This document shows positions 60,401 through 64,000 of a DNA stretch of 64,000 bases, piece by piece (positions within the stretch are counted from its first letter, which is position 1; each line of letters begins with the position of its first letter). A program made the translations under genes and the position numbers. The DNA is from Eledone cirrhosa (Eukaryota): positions 24,862,001 through 24,926,000 of the forward strand of contig OZ024753.1 of the NCBI GenBank assembly GCA_964016885.1. The letters run 5' to 3'. Below the pieces are notes generated by a model, which saw nothing but the letters and a program-made list of their open reading frames with translations, was not told the DNA's origin and did not search any database.

Positions 60401-63400
60401 AACATGATAGTAATAACTCCAGTCAAGAGATAGAAACATGATAGAAATAACTCCAGTCAAGACATAGAAACATGATAGTAATAACTCCAACCAAGACATA
60501 GAAACATGATAGTAATAACTCCAACCAAAATATAGAAACATGATAGTAACAACTCCAACCAAGAAATAGAAACATGATAGTAATAACTCCAACCAAAATA
60601 TAGAAACATGATAGTAATAACTCCAACCAAGACATAGAAACATGATAGTAATAACTCCAACCAAGACATAGAAACAGGATAGTAATAACTCCAACCAAGA
60701 TATAGAAATAGGATAGTAATAACTCCAACCAAAATATTGAAACATGATAGTAATAACTCCAACCAAGATATAGAAACATGATAGTAATAACTCCAACCAA
60801 GATATAGAAACAGGATAGTAATAACTCCAACCAAGACATAGAAACAGGATAGTAATAACTCCAGACAAGACATAGAAACAGGATAGTAATAACTCCAGAC
60901 AAGACATAGAAACAGGATAGTAATAACTCCAGACAAGACATAGAAACATGATAGTAATAACTCCAACCAAGATATAGAAACATGATAATAATATCTCCAA
61001 CCAAGACATAGAAACAGGATAGTAATAACTCCAGCAAAGACATAGAAGCAGGATAGTAATAACTCCAGACAAGACTGAGAAACATGATAATAATAACTCC
61101 AACCAAGACATAGAAACATGATAGTAATAACCCCAATCATGACATAAAAACATGATAATAATAACTTCAGTCAAGATATAGAAACATGATAGTAATAACT
61201 CCAGTCAAGATATAGAAACATGATAATAATAACTCCAGCCAAGACATAGAAACATGATAGTAATAACTCCAGCCAACACATAGAAACATGATAGTAATAA
61301 CTCCCACCAAGATATAGAAACATGATAGTAATAACTCCAGTCAAGACATAGAAACATGATAGTAATAACTCCAGTCAAGATATAGAAACATGATAGTAAT
61401 AACCCCAATCAAGTTATAGAAACATGATAGTAATAACTCCAACCAAGACATAGAAACATGATAGTAATAACTCCAACCAAAATATAGAAACAGGATAGTA
61501 ATAACTCTAACCAAGATATAGAAACATGATAGTAATAACTCCAACCAAAATATAGAAACATGATAGTAGCAACTCCAACCAAGACATAGAAACATGATAG
61601 TAATAACTCCAACCAAGACATAGAAACAGGATAGTAATAACTCCAACCAAGATATAGAAATAGGATAGTAATAACTCCAACCAAAATATTGATACATGAT
61701 AGTAATAACTCCAACCAAGACATAGAAACAGGATAGTAATAACTCCAACCAAGATATAGAAATAGGATAATAATAACTCCAACCAAAATATTGATACATG
61801 ATAGTAATAACTCCAACCAAGACATAGAAACAGGATAGTAATAACTCTAACCAAGACATAGAAACAGGATAGTAATAACTCCAAACTAAATATGGAAACA
61901 TGATAGTAATAACTCCAATCAAGACATAGTTACAGGATAGTAATAACTCCTACCAAGACATAGAAACAGGATAGTAATAACTCCAACCAAGACATAGAAA
62001 CAGGATAGTAATAACTCCAGCCAAGATATAGAAACAGTATAGTAATAACTCCAACCAAGACATAGAAACAGGATAGTAATAACTCCAACCAAGACATAGA
62101 AACAGGATAGTAATAACTCCAGCCAAGATATAGAAACAAGATAGTAATAACTCCAACCAAGACATAGAAACATGATAGTAATAACTCCAACCAAGATATA
62201 GAAACAGGATAGTAATAACTCAAACCAAGATATAGAAACAGGATAGTAATAACTCCAACCAAGACATAGAAACAGGATAGTAATAACTCCAGCCAAGATA
62301 TAGAAACAGGATAGTAATAACTCCAGTCAAGACATAGAAACATGATAGTAATAACTCCAGTCAAGACATAGAAACATGATAGTAATAACTCCAGTCAAGA
62401 CATAGAAACAGGATAGTAATAACTCCAGTCAAGACATAGAAACATGATAGTAATAACTCCAACCAAGTCATAGAAACATGATAGTAATAACTCCAGTCAA
62501 GACATAGAAACAGGATAGTAATAACTCCAGTCAAGACATAGAAACATTATAGTAATAACACCAACCAAGACATAGGAACAGGATAGTAATAACTCCAGTC
62601 AAGACATAGAAACAGGATAGTAATAACTCCAGTCAAGACATAGAAACATGATAGTAATAACTCCAACCAAGTCATAGAAACAGGATAGTAATAACTCCAG
62701 TCAAGACATAGAAACATGATAGTAATAACTCCAGTCAAGACATAGAAACAGGATAGTAATAACTCCAACCAAGATATAGAAACAGGATAGTAATAACTCC
62801 AGTCAAGACATAGAAACAGGATAGTAATAACTCCAACTAAGACATAGAAACATGATAGTAATAACTCCAACCAAGATATAGAAACAGGATAGTAATAACT
62901 CCAGTCAAGACATAGAAACATGATAGTAATAACTCCAGTCAAGACATAGAAACAGGATAGTAATAACTCCAACCAAGATTTAGAAACAGGATAGTAATAA
63001 CTCCAGTCAAGACATAGAAACATGATAGTAATAACTCCAGCCAAGACATAGAAACATGATAGTAATAACTCCCGCCAAGATATAGAAACATGATAGTAAT
63101 AACTCGAGTCAAGAGATAGAAACATGATAGTAATAACTCAAGTCAAGACATAGAAACATGATAGTAATAACTCCAGTCAAGATATAGAAACATGATAGTA
63201 ATAACCCCAATCAAGTTATAGAAACATGATAGTAATAACTCCAACCAAGACAGAGAAACATGATAGTAATAACTCCAACCAAAATATAGAAACAGGATAG
63301 TAATAACTCTAACCAAGACATAGAAACAGGATAGTAATAACTCCAAACTAAATATGGAAACATGATAGTAATAACTCCAATCAAGACATAGAAACAGGAT

Positions 63401-63693
63401 AGTAATAACTCCTACCAAGACATAGAAACAGGATAGTAATAACTCCAGCCAAGATATAGAAACAGTATAGTAATAACTCCAACCAAGACATAGAAACAGG
63501 ATAGTAATAACTCCCGCCAAGATATAGAAACATGATAGTAATAACTCCAGTCAAGAGATAGAAACATGATAGTAATAACTCCAGTCAAGACATAGAAACA
63601 TGATAGTAATAACTCCAACCAAGACATAGAAACATGATAGTAATAACTCCAACCAAACTATAGAAACATGATAGTAACAACTCCAACCAAGAA
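54446..63693 (+). repeat. Tandem duplication, unit 4624 bp (136 monomers); junction at about 59070-59079
   Basis: CTCGAG at 55283/59907 and 58479/63103; private variant aaccaaactatag at about 59030/63655; identical ORF pairs 54455/59079, 55561/60185 and 57923/62547. Confidence 0.93.
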
Positions 63694-64000
63694 ATAGAAA
63701 CATGATAGTAATAACTCCAACCAAAATATAGAAACATGATAGTAATAACTCCAACCAAGACATAGAAACATGATAGTAATAACTCCAACCAAGACATAGA
63801 AACAGGATAGTAATAACTCCAGACAAGACATAGAAACAGGATAGTAATAACTCCAGACAAGACATAGAAACATGATAGTAATAACTCCAACCAAGATATA
63901 GAAACATGATAATAATATCTCCAACCAAGACATAGAAACAGGATAGTAATAACTCCAACGAAGATATAGAAATAGGATAGTAATAACTCCAACCAAAATA

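Larger units (their letters stand above)
1..64000 (+). repeat. 34-bp tandem satellite array, about 1,883 monomers, consensus AGACATAGAAACATGATAGTAATAACTCCAACCA; appears to continue past both window edges
   Basis: Bases 1-34 recur at 35-68 and the period holds to the end of the window. Phase check: the CTCGAG marker at 1860 and at 63103 are 61,243 bp apart; adding the 25 intervening 1-bp deletions gives 61,268 = 1802 x 34. Common polymorphic positions are 4 (C/T), 14 (T/G/A) and 31-32 (AC/GT/GC/GA). Confidence 0.99.

Noticed and set aside
402-63996. The many minus-strand ORFs (63-453 aa) resembling multi-pass membrane proteins
   Set aside because: All are translations of the 34-bp repeat. They overlap in all three frames with the same peptide, begin and end at sporadic monomer variants, and have no unique domains or flanking signals, so they are not called as CDS.
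1-64000. CRISPR array, since 34 bp is within the CRISPR repeat size range
   Set aside because: Repeats abut directly with no unique spacers, and there is no leader or cas gene.
1-64000. Rolling-circle or reverse-transcriptase concatemer of a short template (DRT2-like cDNA, telomerase product or amplification artefact)
   Set aside because: Copying one short template would give uniform monomers with random errors. Here long ordered variant strings are copied across kilobases with nested, position-restricted mutations, and no RT gene is present.
1-64000. A single canonical higher-order repeat of about 5 kb
   Set aside because: Offsets of 5095, 5333 and 5335 suggest one at first, but spacings range from 1.4 to 9.3 kb and block order is rearranged.
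1-64000. Promoter -10-like (TAATAA/TAGTAAT) or Shine-Dalgarno-like (GGAG on the minus strand) motifs in each monomer
   Set aside because: Short motifs like these are expected in an AT-rich repeat, and there is no associated gene or supporting context.
1-64000. Assignment to a named satellite family or organism
   Set aside because: I do not recognise the monomer. A BLASTN, Dfam or Repbase search of a consensus dimer would be needed.

Overview
The whole 64-kb window is one uninterrupted head-to-tail tandem array (satellite DNA) of a 34-bp AT-rich monomer, consensus AGACATAGAAACATGATAGTAATAACTCCAACCA (17 A, 7 C, 6 T, 4 G; about 32% GC). It holds about 1,883 monomers in a single orientation, and I saw no unique sequence, genes, RNA genes, transposon insertions or CRISPR spacers. 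The minus-strand ORFs in the track are a by-product of the repeat: the reverse complement of the consensus has no stop triplet, and 34 mod 3 = 1, so all three frames give the same 34-aa hydrophobic peptide. The informative structure lies in the order of monomer variants. There is no fixed higher-order repeat; the array is built from overlapping, in-register kilobase duplications of 42, 72, 94, 101, 104, 113, 134, 136, 150, 157 and 274 monomers. Five duplication junctions can be placed within 9-15 bp inside hybrid monomers, the only length variant is a recurrent 1-bp G deletion, and diagnostic variants turn over from left to right. The architecture resembles eukaryotic satellite DNA, but neither the organism nor a function can be determined from this window. 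All coordinates and copy comparisons were read by eye.
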